Shown: piece by piece, positions 39,679-50,000 of the stretch | Layout of the letters: the number at the start of each line of letters is the position of its first letter | Position numbering within the stretch: position 1 is the first letter of the stretch | Source: an uncultured delta proteobacterium | GTDB lineage: Bacteria > Myxococcota_A > Polyangia > Polyangiales > Polyangiaceae | DNA length: 64,000 nt | Direction: 5' to 3' | Assembly (NCBI GenBank): GCA_963696385.1 | Contig: CAVOKF010000005.1 | Span: 1,440,001-1,504,000, forward strand | Position numbers and translations under genes: made by a program | Notes under the pieces: generated by a model | The model's input: only the letters and a program-made list of their open reading frames with translations | The model's database searches: none | Told to the model about the DNA's origin: nothing

Positions 39679-42600
39679 TCACGGCAACGAAATGCTCGTC
39701 CCCGCCATGAAGGCATCGTCGGTTCGATGGGCGCTTAGGACGAAGGAATCGTACTCTTCGGTCGGAACGGTGCCCGTGGCGACCCCCAGGATGAAATCAT
39801 CCTCGAGGACTGGCCCGTTCACGCTCAGCTTTCGCGAAGCTTCGACGAGCTTAGCTTTGACGTCCAGAGGTCCCGGCATGCGCGCGACGATCGCCCCTGG
39901 GGGGAGATCGAGGCGCCGGTGGACGTGGTATTGGACCGCGGCGCTTACGGCCAAAGGGCTTTCTCTGCCGGATCGGGTCGCGAACGTCGCGGCCAGACTC
40001 GATACGCGTGCCCGTGGCCAAACCCAATGGAGCGGGTCCAGGCCGGGGAGCAGCCATTGGTGCGCTCGGCTTCCCTTGCTTTCGAGTTGCTCCGATTGGG
40101 CGTAGCCGCTGACGCTGACGCTCGCGCGCAGGCTGACCTGCCAGCTGCCCTCGGTGGATGCGAGCTCGACGTCGTCGACGTTGGCCCATGGAAGCCACCC
40201 GAGCACCACCTCGCGCAACGCCCGCTGGCGCTCCGCACCGACGATTCGAAATAATGCCTCGGCGAGCTCTTGGGCCTCGCGACCACGCAGTACGATCGCG
40301 AACGTTCCTTTGGCATTGCCCTCCCGATCGAGCACAAGCCGTACGTCCACTTCGTCGCGTTCCTGACCCCAGCCGGTCGACGGAAGGGCAGCTATAGTTC
40401 CGTCGGACCGAAGCGCGAGCCGGCCTCTGAGCTCGGGCGAGATGCGGCCGGCCGGCAACGGGGGACCCGCGACGTCCGCGTCGATCCAGACGTCATCTAC
40501 TCCCGACCCTCTGGGTACGTGGGCCACGACCAGTGGGTGAACGAATCGACCGTAGTGGGGAGGAAACGACGGGTCCGCGCTGTACGGGTCGTTTTCTGCC
40601 ACTACCAGATCGCTCGCGATGCCGAACTCCCGGAGGCTTCGCAGTACGAGCCAAGCTCGGCTTCCCGCGTGGGACGCCAGGAACGTGCGGGCTGTTTGCG
40701 TCTGCACCGGGGCGATTCCGCCCCCGTAGTCGCTCAGGACGCCCGGGTCCGCCTCGCGCAACGACTGTCCTGCCGCTGCGACGATGGAGTCGACGATCGC
40801 GCGTGGATCGTCGCCGGCCCCAGCCACGGATCCTCGTGCCCAGGCGACAATCTCTGGATCGTGCTCGTCGAGGCTGGCGACGGTCTCACGCAGTGCCCGC
40901 GCGATGCCGGCCCACAACGCAGTCGAAAAGCTCACGCTCACGTTGCGGTCCATCTTCGGCACGCCGTCCTCGATGCGCCGTGCGGGGCGGTCCACAAGTT
41001 GCCATGTCAAGATGCGTTGGGCTCCCTCGATTCGCTCGGTCGGTTTTCCCAACAGAACGTGACTCCAAAGCGCCCCGTGCAGATCGCGCGGTAAGGATAG
41101 CTCGATCGTCGCCGAGTGAACCGCAGTGCGCTCCGGCAGCAAGTCCGGAGTGTCGATGCCGATGTCGCCTGTGTCACCGGGGAGGGACCAGCCTTCGTAG
41201 AGGGCCTCGACGATGTCTCCCTGCTCGAGCTGGGACAGGTCGGCGTGAGCTTGGGCGGCCCGGGGCGCGCGGTCCGGTTCAAGAATGCGTCCATCCTTTT
41301 TGAGAATTCGGCGGCGCAAGGCGCGAAGCGCGCTACGCCCCCAGACGTCGGGGGCCGCTGCCTGAGCATTCTCTTCGACGTCCGTCGTGCCGCGGACCCG
41401 GCGCTCGTCGAACAGAATCCAGTGGACCAGACCGCTGCGCAAAACTTCGTAGCGCTCGGTGTGCACGAGAATGGCCGTCCCGGCATTGGGAAGAATGGGC
41501 TGCGCGCGATCTTCGGCAGCAACACGTTCGGAGATGGGGTCGAACTCACGGCTCGGGTCGCTTCCCCAGGCCCGCAGGAGCGGTGCGATCGAAGCCGGCG
41601 CATCCGAAGCCGTCGTCGCGAGCGCGAGCAGCCGAGCCTGCGCGTCCTGCGATCCCGATCGGTTGGCGTCGCCGGTCAGCAGTGCGAACGCGGACATCGT
41701 GCGCTCCGCCGGGAGCATCGCGTCGAACACGCGTACGGCGGTGGGGAGGTCTTTGGCGATGAGGGCCTCCTGCAACTCGAATGGCAAAAAGATGGAGGGC
41801 GCGCCCAGAAGCGCGCGAAGCCGCGCCAACTCTCCGGTCACGCGCGCGTGGTCGCCGACTTCGCGCAGTGCATCGAGGCAGTCGGTCGTATCGTGCGCGA
41901 TCGGACGGGCCAGATCGCATGCCGCGGCGACGAGCTCTGCTCCCACACGCGGTGAGGCGGCATCGTCGGCGTCGGACACGAGCGCGGACCGAGCGAGCGT
42001 CCTCCGTGCTCGCTCAATCGCGGCTCGGGCACGGTCGAACAACCGTTCCCGTCCCGCAATCAGCGCTTCGAATGCGTCGAGGACCGGCGACGGCGCGCTC
42101 TTCGAACGCGAGCGGGTCTCGTCCAGGTCGCGGAGCGTTTCGATCCCGGCCTCATCGTGGCCGCGGCGCACCCCCGCCAGCACAGCGTGGCCGATCGTCG
42201 CCTCCCAGCTGGTCGGCCATGTCTCCAAAACGCGTTGGTACGCGTTTCGAGCTCGTTCGGCTCGCGTGGCCGGCGAAAGGTCCCGAGCGCTTTCGACGGC
42301 ACGCGCATAGAGCAACGCCAGGTCGGGTCGCGAGTCCGCGCGCGTTGCCGTCCTCGAAAGCTGCCGCTCCGCATCCCGCGGATCGCCCTCCGCGAGTGCC
42401 GCGGCGCCCGCCAGCAGCGCCTCGTCGTCGTCTCTCGCCTCCGGGGCAGCGAGGGGTTCGCTGCCGGTCACGCTCCCGCCCGACCTCGAGCCGACACTGG
42501 GGGCATCGATGTGCAGCGGCGAACCGCCCTCATCGAAGGCATCGATTTCGACGGCGTCTTCGCTTTTCGCTGTCCCGACGCGCACGACGAACCGGGCAGT

Positions 42601-43443
42601 CCCGTTCGACACGGCAACGCGAGCGAAGCGCGCCGCCTCGCCGTCGCCGAGTTCGAATGGACGCTCGAGAATCACCCTTCCCGAGGCACGAATCTCGGCC
42701 GCTCCATGAGAGCGCAACACGACGCCGATCCTTTCGGATCGCGGGATGGCGACGTCCACGACGACCTCGCGGACGCCCGGGTGGGCGCTCTCGGCGTCGA
42801 GTTCGATTGCGCAGCCCCGGCCGCCAACGGCGATAGGGCGGACCTGCGACTCGAACGCGCCGCCGGTGTTGTACGAAGGCTCGATCCGCGCATCGACGCG
42901 ATCGAGCGGCGAGGGGTCGTGGACGCCGGTCACCGGCGCCCAAGTGACCGGGCCGATGACGAGTGCCTCACGCGCGCAGCCGCTCTCCCTGCGGTCCAGG
43001 TCGGCCTCGTGCGTGTCACCCCTGCGCTGCGCGAGGGTCATGAGAGCACGCGCGATGAGCCCCTTGGCGAAGGGTCCGCGGGCGACGCTCTCGGCGTGAG
43101 AAAGCGCGTCGGCGATGGCGCGCGACTCTGGAGACCGTCGCTCGAGAGCCGCGTCGGGCGCCGCTCCGCCGAGCAACGGCATCTCTCGTTCGACCAGGGC
43201 GTCGAGGGCGGCCTCGATGGTTGGGACCTGCCATACATCCCCTTCGGCTCGGGCGGCGACGTTCACGATCTCGAGATAGGCCTGCACGGCCTCTGCGGGC
43301 TCGCTCGTCATATCCAAACGAAATGCGTTTGCGAATGCCGAGGGGAGATTCACTCGGCCGCTGGCCGGCGCGCGCGCCACGGGGGCACAGGCCGCAAGAG
43401 AAACCGCCAGAATGTTGACGAACGTGGCAACAAGCGGCCTCAA
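39679..43443 (-). CDS. Large lipoprotein, DUF3857/transglutaminase-like, apparently lacking the catalytic Cys
   Basis: TTG start overlapping the upstream stop; lipobox VSLAAC; TPR-like helices; LEQGDIVE; no GDCxD motif. Confidence 0.7.
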   Translation of the reverse strand: MRPLVATFVNILAVSLAACAPVARAPASGRVNLPSAFANAFRLDMTSEPAEAVQAYLEIVNVAARAEGDVWQVPTIEAALDALVEREMPLLGGAAPDAALERRSPESRAIADALSHAESVARGPFAKGLIARALMTLAQRRGDTHEADLDRRESGCAREALVIGPVTWAPVTGVHDPSPLDRVDARIEPSYNTGGAFESQVRPIAVGGRGCAIELDAESAHPGVREVVVDVAIPRSERIGVVLRSHGAAEIRASGRVILERPFELGDGEAARFARVAVSNGTARFVVRVGTAKSEDAVEIDAFDEGGSPLHIDAPSVGSRSGGSVTGSEPLAAPEARDDDEALLAGAAALAEGDPRDAERQLSRTATRADSRPDLALLYARAVESARDLSPATRAERARNAYQRVLETWPTSWEATIGHAVLAGVRRGHDEAGIETLRDLDETRSRSKSAPSPVLDAFEALIAGRERLFDRARAAIERARRTLARSALVSDADDAASPRVGAELVAAACDLARPIAHDTTDCLDALREVGDHARVTGELARLRALLGAPSIFLPFELQEALIAKDLPTAVRVFDAMLPAERTMSAFALLTGDANRSGSQDAQARLLALATTASDAPASIAPLLRAWGSDPSREFDPISERVAAEDRAQPILPNAGTAILVHTERYEVLRSGLVHWILFDERRVRGTTDVEENAQAAAPDVWGRSALRALRRRILKKDGRILEPDRAPRAAQAHADLSQLEQGDIVEALYEGWSLPGDTGDIGIDTPDLLPERTAVHSATIELSLPRDLHGALWSHVLLGKPTERIEGAQRILTWQLVDRPARRIEDGVPKMDRNVSVSFSTALWAGIARALRETVASLDEHDPEIVAWARGSVAGAGDDPRAIVDSIVAAAGQSLREADPGVLSDYGGGIAPVQTQTARTFLASHAGSRAWLVLRSLREFGIASDLVVAENDPYSADPSFPPHYGRFVHPLVVAHVPRGSGVDDVWIDADVAGPPLPAGRISPELRGRLALRSDGTIAALPSTGWGQERDEVDVRLVLDREGNAKGTFAIVLRGREAQELAEALFRIVGAERQRALREVVLGWLPWANVDDVELASTEGSWQVSLRASVSVSGYAQSEQLESKGSRAHQWLLPGLDPLHWVWPRARVSSLAATFATRSGRESPLAVSAAVQYHVHRRLDLPPGAIVARMPGPLDVKAKLVEASRKLSVNGPVLEDDFILGVATGTVPTEEYDSFVLSAHRTDDAFMAGTSISLP

Positions 43444-46400
43444 CGGGCACCGCCCGTGGCTGCGACCAGCCGTACGCTGCGGTGCATCAGCGCGTCGACG
43501 CGTTGAATCCATTGCCGCCAGGATGGGTATTGCTCCACGGCGATCGCGCTTTGATCGAACACGACGGTTCGGTGGATCAAAATGGCGTTCGGTTGACGCG
43601 GATCGCGTGTCACGTCGAGGTGGGCGCGGCCGAACGGCCCGCCGTTTTCGTCGCCTCCTGCGGGAAGCGCGGCGAACGTCCAGTTCTTGGGAGCAACCAC
43701 GCGAATCGTCCGCGCTTCGCTTCGGGGGGCGACGGAAGGCGGAAGCCAGACAGGCAGCGTGCGCTTGACCAGCGGCGCGAGCTGCGACGCGATGGTTTGC
43801 GACGGTGAGAGGGCAACCACGAGTTCATTGCCTTCGTGACGAGCCAAACCACTCGACGTCGCGCGCCATTGCACGACCGCCTTGCCGTGCGGCAATTCAC
43901 CGTGGAAGTCGACCTTCTTGTCGATCTCGACTGTCGGAAACCAGGGGCCCACGAGATGCTCTTCGACCCATGGCGCCCGGGCGCCTTGTTCGGTGAGGTA
44001 GGTGCGGAGCCAAAACGCATCGTCGCCACTCGCGCGCTCTTCACCGTCGAGGTCTGCGCTTCCGTCCGGCCTCAACGCAATGGTCCACGTCGAGTCGACC
44101 CCGTGGTCGCTCGGTGAGCTCGAAGGAAGAAGCACGACCTCGGCGGGTCCGTCCATGCGCAGCGCCGAGGCGCGCGCGTCCATCGAGGGCAGCGGCCCCA
44201 GGCGCGACTGAGGACTCGTGGCGTCGAGAAACATCCCGCCCTCGGGCCCTGGCAAGTAGGCGATTCCATGATCGAAGAGGGGGACGGCGGCCCCGCCCGC
44301 GCGCAACAGGGACGGCTCCGCGGTAAGCCTCGTTTGGACGAGGACCTCTTGCGCGACAATTCCGACGGCTCTTAAAAGCGTGATGAGCAACAGAGCCTTG
44401 TCGTCGCAGTCACCCTCGCGCCGCGCGAGCAGCTGTTGTGGACGGTTGGGCAGCCACCATTCACCACTCACGTAGTTTACGTATCGAATATCGTCGGCGA
44501 CGAAGTCGAACAGGGCACGCAGTTTTTCGTCGCGACTCGACTTGCCTCGAGTGAGCTTCGCTGCGAGCTCTCGAACCTGGGCGTCGGGATCGGTAAAACC
44601 ACGCACCGCCTCGCCGTACCAATCGCGGAACGCGCGCCAGTCCTTGAACGTGGAGAGGACCGCAGTCGGGATGATCTCGCTCAGCGGTGGGGCGAGCGGC
44701 TCATCCGGCACGTTGACGGGTCGGTCCCACACCAGCCGAACGACGTGATGGCTTCCTTCGTCCGTGTCCTCGCGGTGATCCGGACTGCCGTTGACCACGT
44801 CGACGTAAATCGGGCGATCGGCAGGTGATTCGACGATCACTTCATTATGAAGAACGGGGTGGGTAGATTGGCTACCCGCATAGTCGAGGCGATAAAATGG
44901 CGGGTCGCCGCGTCCGCCAACGGGGCCCGCCGTCCAGGACCGGAAAGCGACTTCGACGACATCGCCCGGCCCCAGATCCGGCCATCGAATCCGGGGCTTC
45001 GCATTGTCGCTGGCCTCCTCGATGGGAAACGCGATCTCGCCGTTCCTGCGGTAGACCCGCGCACGTACGATCTCGGTCAGATCGCCTTCGGCCGGTACGT
45101 CCTCGTAGAGTTCGTCCTCGGTGCGTGGTGAAATTTCGATTTCCCGCGCGTATTGGACGAGCTCCGAAACACGTCGGTCGGCATGCATCACGACCGCCCG
45201 CATCCAGTGCAACTCGCGATCGGCGACATCGGGCGGCGCGGCTTCCCTGCCGCGTGGCAGTGCATGGTCGCTCCCGACCCTCGGAGCGGTCGCCGCTGCG
45301 GTTGCGAAAGGTTCGTGCCCGGTGGCCACTCCGATCGCGCCGACCAGCTCCCCGCTCTGTCCTCCCCGCCGGCGCGCGAGGAATGCTTGCGGTGAGACGA
45401 GGTATTTCTCGTCGTCGTGAGGCTTGCCGCTCGGCGGCGTGCGCGTGCGCAGGGAGAGTTCCGCTCTGTAGCGAACCTCGCCCGGGTCGAGTTCGCGCGC
45501 GCGTCGCAACGCGGCGGAGATCGCTTCGTCGCGCGTGCCATCGCCTTGAGCCGCGCCAATCTCCTGCGCCAGCCCTGCCCAGACGCCGGCGTGATTCGGC
45601 GCCCAGCGAGCGAGCTTTCCGTAGAGTGCGCGCGCCTCCTCGTGCGCGCCCGCATGGGCCACGGTTTGGGCGACCGACAGCGCTTCGTCCGCGTTGTCGA
45701 CGCCACCGGCGAACGCCCGGCGCGCTGCACCGACGAGCGCGTCGCGTCCGCGCGATTGAAGCGACAGGACGCGGGCCGCGCCATTCTCGCCCCGCTCGGC
45801 GAGGCGCTCGCGCGTCTCGGAGGCGAGCGCGGGATCATAGGCGATCGCAAGGTCGGCGAGGCTGTCGAGCAGCGCATCTGGTGCATCCGTCGCCGCCCGC
45901 GCGAATTCTGCCAACCTGCGTTCCGCGCGCACGCGGAGCGCATCGGTGCCCAACGCGCTGTCCACCCGCGACGCAAGGAGCGCCGCTTCGGCGTCGTGCG
46001 CCGAGTCGATCTTGGCGGCGAGAAGAGTCGCCATCGCCCAATCGGGCAGGCCGGCTTCCAGGTGCCTCTCGACCAGGCGGCGTTCGACGAAGGCGCGGGT
46101 TCGGGCATCGGCCGACGGGCTCGAACGAACGCGATTCAGCCAAGCGCTGCGGTTCGCGCCGCTGGGGGTGATCCAGGCCGCCATGGCCAAGGCGTCGGCG
46201 TCGACGTCCCCGTCTGTGAACGCCGCGAGCAGGCCGGGGGCGCGCGGGCTTCGCAAATCGTCGGCGCCACCCAGGGTCCTTAACAAGGCCGCTCCGATCG
46301 AAGCGTCCCGTCCGGCCCCGGGCTGCTTGAGCGCTCGCCCGAGTGGCGTGGCGACAAGGTCGAACGCGGGCGCGGGACCGCGCCCGGGCCGCGCCCCCTG

Positions 46401-47321
46401 ACCCGATAGATCGGCGCTGGCAGTCACGTCGCGCGGGGCCGATCCATTCTGATCGGTGACCCGCAGCCGAACACGCCCGTCGTCGTCGAGAGCCCCGGAA
46501 CAGACCTTCGCTGCGAGCAGGTGCGTTCCGGCCTCCGCGTGTACGCGCGCTGCGATTCGATCGAAGCGGAGCCCTTCATGGACCGCATCGTCTCGTCCGA
46601 CGTTGGCGCCATCGAATACGAGGCGCGCCTGTCCGGTCGCAGCCAGCCTGAGAAACAGGCTCTGCTTGGACGCGACCGTCAGCTTCGTCGCGACCCAACT
46701 GCAGCTCTCCTTGCGCGGAAAGACGAAGAGGTCCAAAGCCACCCCTCGAGCCGGCGCGAACGCACGTGGCACCGAGCGCCAAGCCACCTCGTAGCTGCCC
46801 CATGAGTAGCGGGCTCGCATGTCGCCGAAGGCCGCATCCGGTGCTTCCGGGCCGTCGTGTGCGTCCAGACCCCCACCGGTGTCACGGAAGGGGCCGAGTA
46901 TCGACAAAGCGTCGATGATGCCGATCCTCTCGTCTTGCTCGGCGCCCGACTCGGTTCCATCGTCGTTGGCAAGCATGCGACCCAGCAGTGCGGCCTCGCC
47001 GCGTACGTCATCCGGCTTGCCGCTTGAGTCTGCCGCGATGCGGGCAAGCGCCTTGGACGCGTATCCTTCGGTCGCTCGGCTGGCGAGCGCCGCGATGGTC
47101 GAGAGTGCGGCCAGCTCGTCGCGCACCGTGGCGGTGGGCCCAAGCGCTCGAGCCGTGGCATCGTCGACCATGGCGTCCGGCGTTTCGTCGGTCCAGCGTA
47201 GCGCCGTCGCCGACGGATCCGGCGATGCCAGGTCGTTCGGTGCCGTCCGGGCACTTGGGGTCCAAGCGAGTACGATGGTGAGGGCGAGCGCGGATGGGGC
47301 GTACGGCAAACGGCCGACCAA
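43440..47321 (-). CDS. Large exported DUF3857 plus transglutaminase-like domain protein
   Basis: Signal peptide; LGPGDVVE; FVADDIRYV; Cys-His-Asp triad in REGDCDDKALLL, FDHGIAY and FLDAT. Confidence 0.85.
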   Translation of the reverse strand: MVGRLPYAPSALALTIVLAWTPSARTAPNDLASPDPSATALRWTDETPDAMVDDATARALGPTATVRDELAALSTIAALASRATEGYASKALARIAADSSGKPDDVRGEAALLGRMLANDDGTESGAEQDERIGIIDALSILGPFRDTGGGLDAHDGPEAPDAAFGDMRARYSWGSYEVAWRSVPRAFAPARGVALDLFVFPRKESCSWVATKLTVASKQSLFLRLAATGQARLVFDGANVGRDDAVHEGLRFDRIAARVHAEAGTHLLAAKVCSGALDDDGRVRLRVTDQNGSAPRDVTASADLSGQGARPGRGPAPAFDLVATPLGRALKQPGAGRDASIGAALLRTLGGADDLRSPRAPGLLAAFTDGDVDADALAMAAWITPSGANRSAWLNRVRSSPSADARTRAFVERRLVERHLEAGLPDWAMATLLAAKIDSAHDAEAALLASRVDSALGTDALRVRAERRLAEFARAATDAPDALLDSLADLAIAYDPALASETRERLAERGENGAARVLSLQSRGRDALVGAARRAFAGGVDNADEALSVAQTVAHAGAHEEARALYGKLARWAPNHAGVWAGLAQEIGAAQGDGTRDEAISAALRRARELDPGEVRYRAELSLRTRTPPSGKPHDDEKYLVSPQAFLARRRGGQSGELVGAIGVATGHEPFATAAATAPRVGSDHALPRGREAAPPDVADRELHWMRAVVMHADRRVSELVQYAREIEISPRTEDELYEDVPAEGDLTEIVRARVYRRNGEIAFPIEEASDNAKPRIRWPDLGPGDVVEVAFRSWTAGPVGGRGDPPFYRLDYAGSQSTHPVLHNEVIVESPADRPIYVDVVNGSPDHREDTDEGSHHVVRLVWDRPVNVPDEPLAPPLSEIIPTAVLSTFKDWRAFRDWYGEAVRGFTDPDAQVRELAAKLTRGKSSRDEKLRALFDFVADDIRYVNYVSGEWWLPNRPQQLLARREGDCDDKALLLITLLRAVGIVAQEVLVQTRLTAEPSLLRAGGAAVPLFDHGIAYLPGPEGGMFLDATSPQSRLGPLPSMDARASALRMDGPAEVVLLPSSSPSDHGVDSTWTIALRPDGSADLDGEERASGDDAFWLRTYLTEQGARAPWVEEHLVGPWFPTVEIDKKVDFHGELPHGKAVVQWRATSSGLARHEGNELVVALSPSQTIASQLAPLVKRTLPVWLPPSVAPRSEARTIRVVAPKNWTFAALPAGGDENGGPFGRAHLDVTRDPRQPNAILIHRTVVFDQSAIAVEQYPSWRQWIQRVDALMHRSVRLVAATGGAR

Positions 47322-47450
47322 GGTGTGGGGACTCTAGCCAGGAGTACCCGCTGACGCGAACGCTGACGGGCTTCGATGTGGGCTCCTCTGCGCCTCGAGG
47401 CTATTTGGAGCTCGACGGGGCACGGCCGTTGTCACGCGACGCACGCGGCG

Positions 47451-49259
47451 TTACCCGAGGATCGGGAGCCGAACCGTACCCGTTGGCTTCGGGAGCGCGA
47501 GCTTTTGATTCTTTGCGTAGACGGAGTGCCGGCCTTTCGTGCGGTACCACTCGGCTACCGTCGCCGTCGAATGCATTTTTTCGACGATCTGCCGCCAGCC
47601 GACACCTGTATTGTAGGCGCAGAAACTGATCTCGCCTTCCTGAGTGCCATACGGAATGATGCACATCTCCGTACGCCGAAAGTCGTAATTGAACAAATCC
47701 TGAAACCACATCCCCGCGACAAAGAGAACGCGCCACTCGAACTCGCCGGCGTCGCCTGGGTGATCGCCGACCTTGGCTCCACGAGCCCCGGTTTGGCTCA
47801 GGAACTGACGAAGCAACGTATAGAGCCCGAACCCCTGCGGAGCACGGCGTGCGTCGAAGCGACGGCACAGCGCGACGGCGAGCTGCGCCAGCGTAATGGC
47901 TTTGGGCTGCGCGGAGTCGGTGATCTCCTGAATGTCCTCGAGCAGGCCCTCAAGGTCGAGCACTTGCGCGAGCGGCACCATCTCGCGCGTCCGCTTGTGG
48001 ACCAATAGAGCCGTTCCGATGCCACAATTCGGGTGGCAGCCACACTTGAGGGCACCCCAATCCGCCCGGTCGGCCAACAGGAGGTCGGTCAGATCTCCGA
48101 AGGCGCCCAGCGCCGAAAGCGGAAACCAGTCACGCATGGGCTCGGTCGAACCGAGCTGGTCGTGAACATCGTGCGCAAGATGAGAGAGCGTGTACCGCTG
48201 CGCTCGCCGTCGCTCGTCCGAGATGTCTTCGTCGCGGCCGGTGAAACTGACGGGCTGGAACGACACGACGGTGACCTTGTCGGCATTCTCGATGGCGAAC
48301 CGAAGCACCTGGCCCACTTGGTCGTCGTTCACGCCTCGCACGACCGTGACGACGAGGACGACGTCGATGCCGGCCGCGTGCAAGTTTTCAATGGCCCGTA
48401 GCTTCACGTCGAACAAATTGCCGACTTTGCGGTGCGCGTTCGCTTCCTCGCCTAGCCCGTCGAACTGCAAATACGCGATTCGCAGACCCGCCTCTTTTGC
48501 CTGCCGCGCGAACATGGAATCTTGGGCGAACCGGATGCCGTTCGTCGCGCATTGGACGCAGAAGTAGCCGACATCGGCGGCGTACTTCAGAGCGCGAAGA
48601 AAATGGGGAGACAAGGTCGGTTCGCCGCCCGAAAACTGCACGCTCATCTGACGGTGCGGCTTGACGGTAAGCGAGTCGTCGAGAATGCGCTGGACCTCGC
48701 TCCATTCGAGTTCGTGCACGAACCCGACTTGATTGGCATCCATGAAACATGGATCGCACATCATGTTGCAGCGGTTGGTCAGATCCACGGTCAACACGGA
48801 GCCCCGGCCGTACTTGATGCTCGACGTCCCGTGGTTCCGGAGCTTCGTCGGAGGAGACGCAAAGTCGCGTCCGGGGAACAGGCGTTCGATTCGAGCGCTG
48901 AACGCCGCGTCGATCGAAATGACGTCGTCGATTTCGCCGTGAGAAGGGCAAGTTTTCGTCATCACGATATGGCCCTCCCGCTCTTCGATACGAGCCCGGA
49001 CCTCGCCGGGTCTGCCCTCGATCAACGTGCGCACCTCGGCACGTCCTTCGAGGATCGCCGCGCGCGCCTCCTTGACGCAACGTGGGCAAAGCGAGTCGGT
49101 TTCCCTCGGCCATCCGAGCTCAGGAAACGTGCGCTCGCGGCGCTTCAGCAGCGGAGCAGGGGCCCACTTGGGTTGAGGGGAACGCCGCTCAAACCTCTTG
49201 TTGTAAGCGCGCAACAACCGCCAGAGAGCATTCGCAGCCGACCGGAGACTTTGACTCAT
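47451..49259 (-). CDS. Radical SAM enzyme of the MJ0619/Tes (GDGT-MAS, tetraether synthase) family
   Basis: N-terminal SLCPRC...KTCPSHG metal site; DLTNRCNMMCDPCF; QFSGGEPT; YLQFDG; FQPVSFTGR; CHPNCG; GMWFQDLFNYDFRRTEMCIIPY...ISFCAYN. Confidence 0.85.
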   Translation of the reverse strand: MSQSLRSAANALWRLLRAYNKRFERRSPQPKWAPAPLLKRRERTFPELGWPRETDSLCPRCVKEARAAILEGRAEVRTLIEGRPGEVRARIEEREGHIVMTKTCPSHGEIDDVISIDAAFSARIERLFPGRDFASPPTKLRNHGTSSIKYGRGSVLTVDLTNRCNMMCDPCFMDANQVGFVHELEWSEVQRILDDSLTVKPHRQMSVQFSGGEPTLSPHFLRALKYAADVGYFCVQCATNGIRFAQDSMFARQAKEAGLRIAYLQFDGLGEEANAHRKVGNLFDVKLRAIENLHAAGIDVVLVVTVVRGVNDDQVGQVLRFAIENADKVTVVSFQPVSFTGRDEDISDERRRAQRYTLSHLAHDVHDQLGSTEPMRDWFPLSALGAFGDLTDLLLADRADWGALKCGCHPNCGIGTALLVHKRTREMVPLAQVLDLEGLLEDIQEITDSAQPKAITLAQLAVALCRRFDARRAPQGFGLYTLLRQFLSQTGARGAKVGDHPGDAGEFEWRVLFVAGMWFQDLFNYDFRRTEMCIIPYGTQEGEISFCAYNTGVGWRQIVEKMHSTATVAEWYRTKGRHSVYAKNQKLALPKPTGTVRLPILG

Positions 49260-49493
49260 ACGGAGCGGAGTCTAACGTCACAAGCGCTAAGACGAGGGAG
49301 CAAATCGAACCGCGGGACCGCGAAACCGGCACCGGCGGTCGTCGCCTCGCCCCAAGGGTCGAGACACCGCCCCGCCTGGGCTTCGCGCCCTACGTTCGCG
49401 CACGACCCGAGGCGCGCTCCGCGAGACGTCTCGACGACCGAGTTCGGACCGCGTGCAGGTCGGAGAGGCATTGGATCGCGATGCGTGGCCAGA

Positions 49494-49539
49494 GGCTCAT
49501 CGATTCGTCCGGGATGCGCGGCTCATCGATTCGTCCGGG
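49494..49539. repeat. Two perfect 20-bp direct repeats with 26-bp period
   Basis: GGCTCATCGATTCGTCCGGG at 49494 and 49520. Confidence 0.85.
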
Positions 49540-49724
49540 CATGGCCACACGCGACCGTTGGCGAGCGCGTGGCCTCTTGCCGCGGCCCATGAACAGGGCA
49601 AGGCCGATCCTTCGGTGACGAACGCGACACGAGACGGTGACATGGCATCGGACGCCACCGAATGTCCATGACACGACGACCGCTGACTGAGCGAGCGATG
49701 CTAAGCATGCTCGGACTCATCGCA

Positions 49725-50000
49725 ATGAAGAAAGCGCCTTTGCCACCGAAGCTGATGTGTCCACTTGCCATGGCACTGCTCTCCATGGCCATTGCGCGAC
49801 GCGCAGAGGGTCAGAATCTTTTCCTGTGCTGTGACGTGGCGATTCGTCCGGATGGCTCGTGCATTTCTCAGAGTACGCCCTGTGCGGAATCGACGCAGTA
49901 CGGTATCGGACTTTCCAATGTGTCGGCCAGTGCCGCTCAAGCGTACCCTCTTGAACCCGGCTACGCCGGCGCGGTCTTCCGGCCTGGCGTGGACGGCTAG
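49725..50000 (+). CDS. Small putative secreted Cys-containing protein, possibly truncated
   Basis: Signal-peptide-like N-terminus (MKK...LLSMAIARRAEG) followed by four Cys. Confidence 0.35.
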   Translation: MKKAPLPPKLMCPLAMALLSMAIARRAEGQNLFLCCDVAIRPDGSCISQSTPCAESTQYGIGLSNVSASAAQAYPLEPGYAGAVFRPGVDG

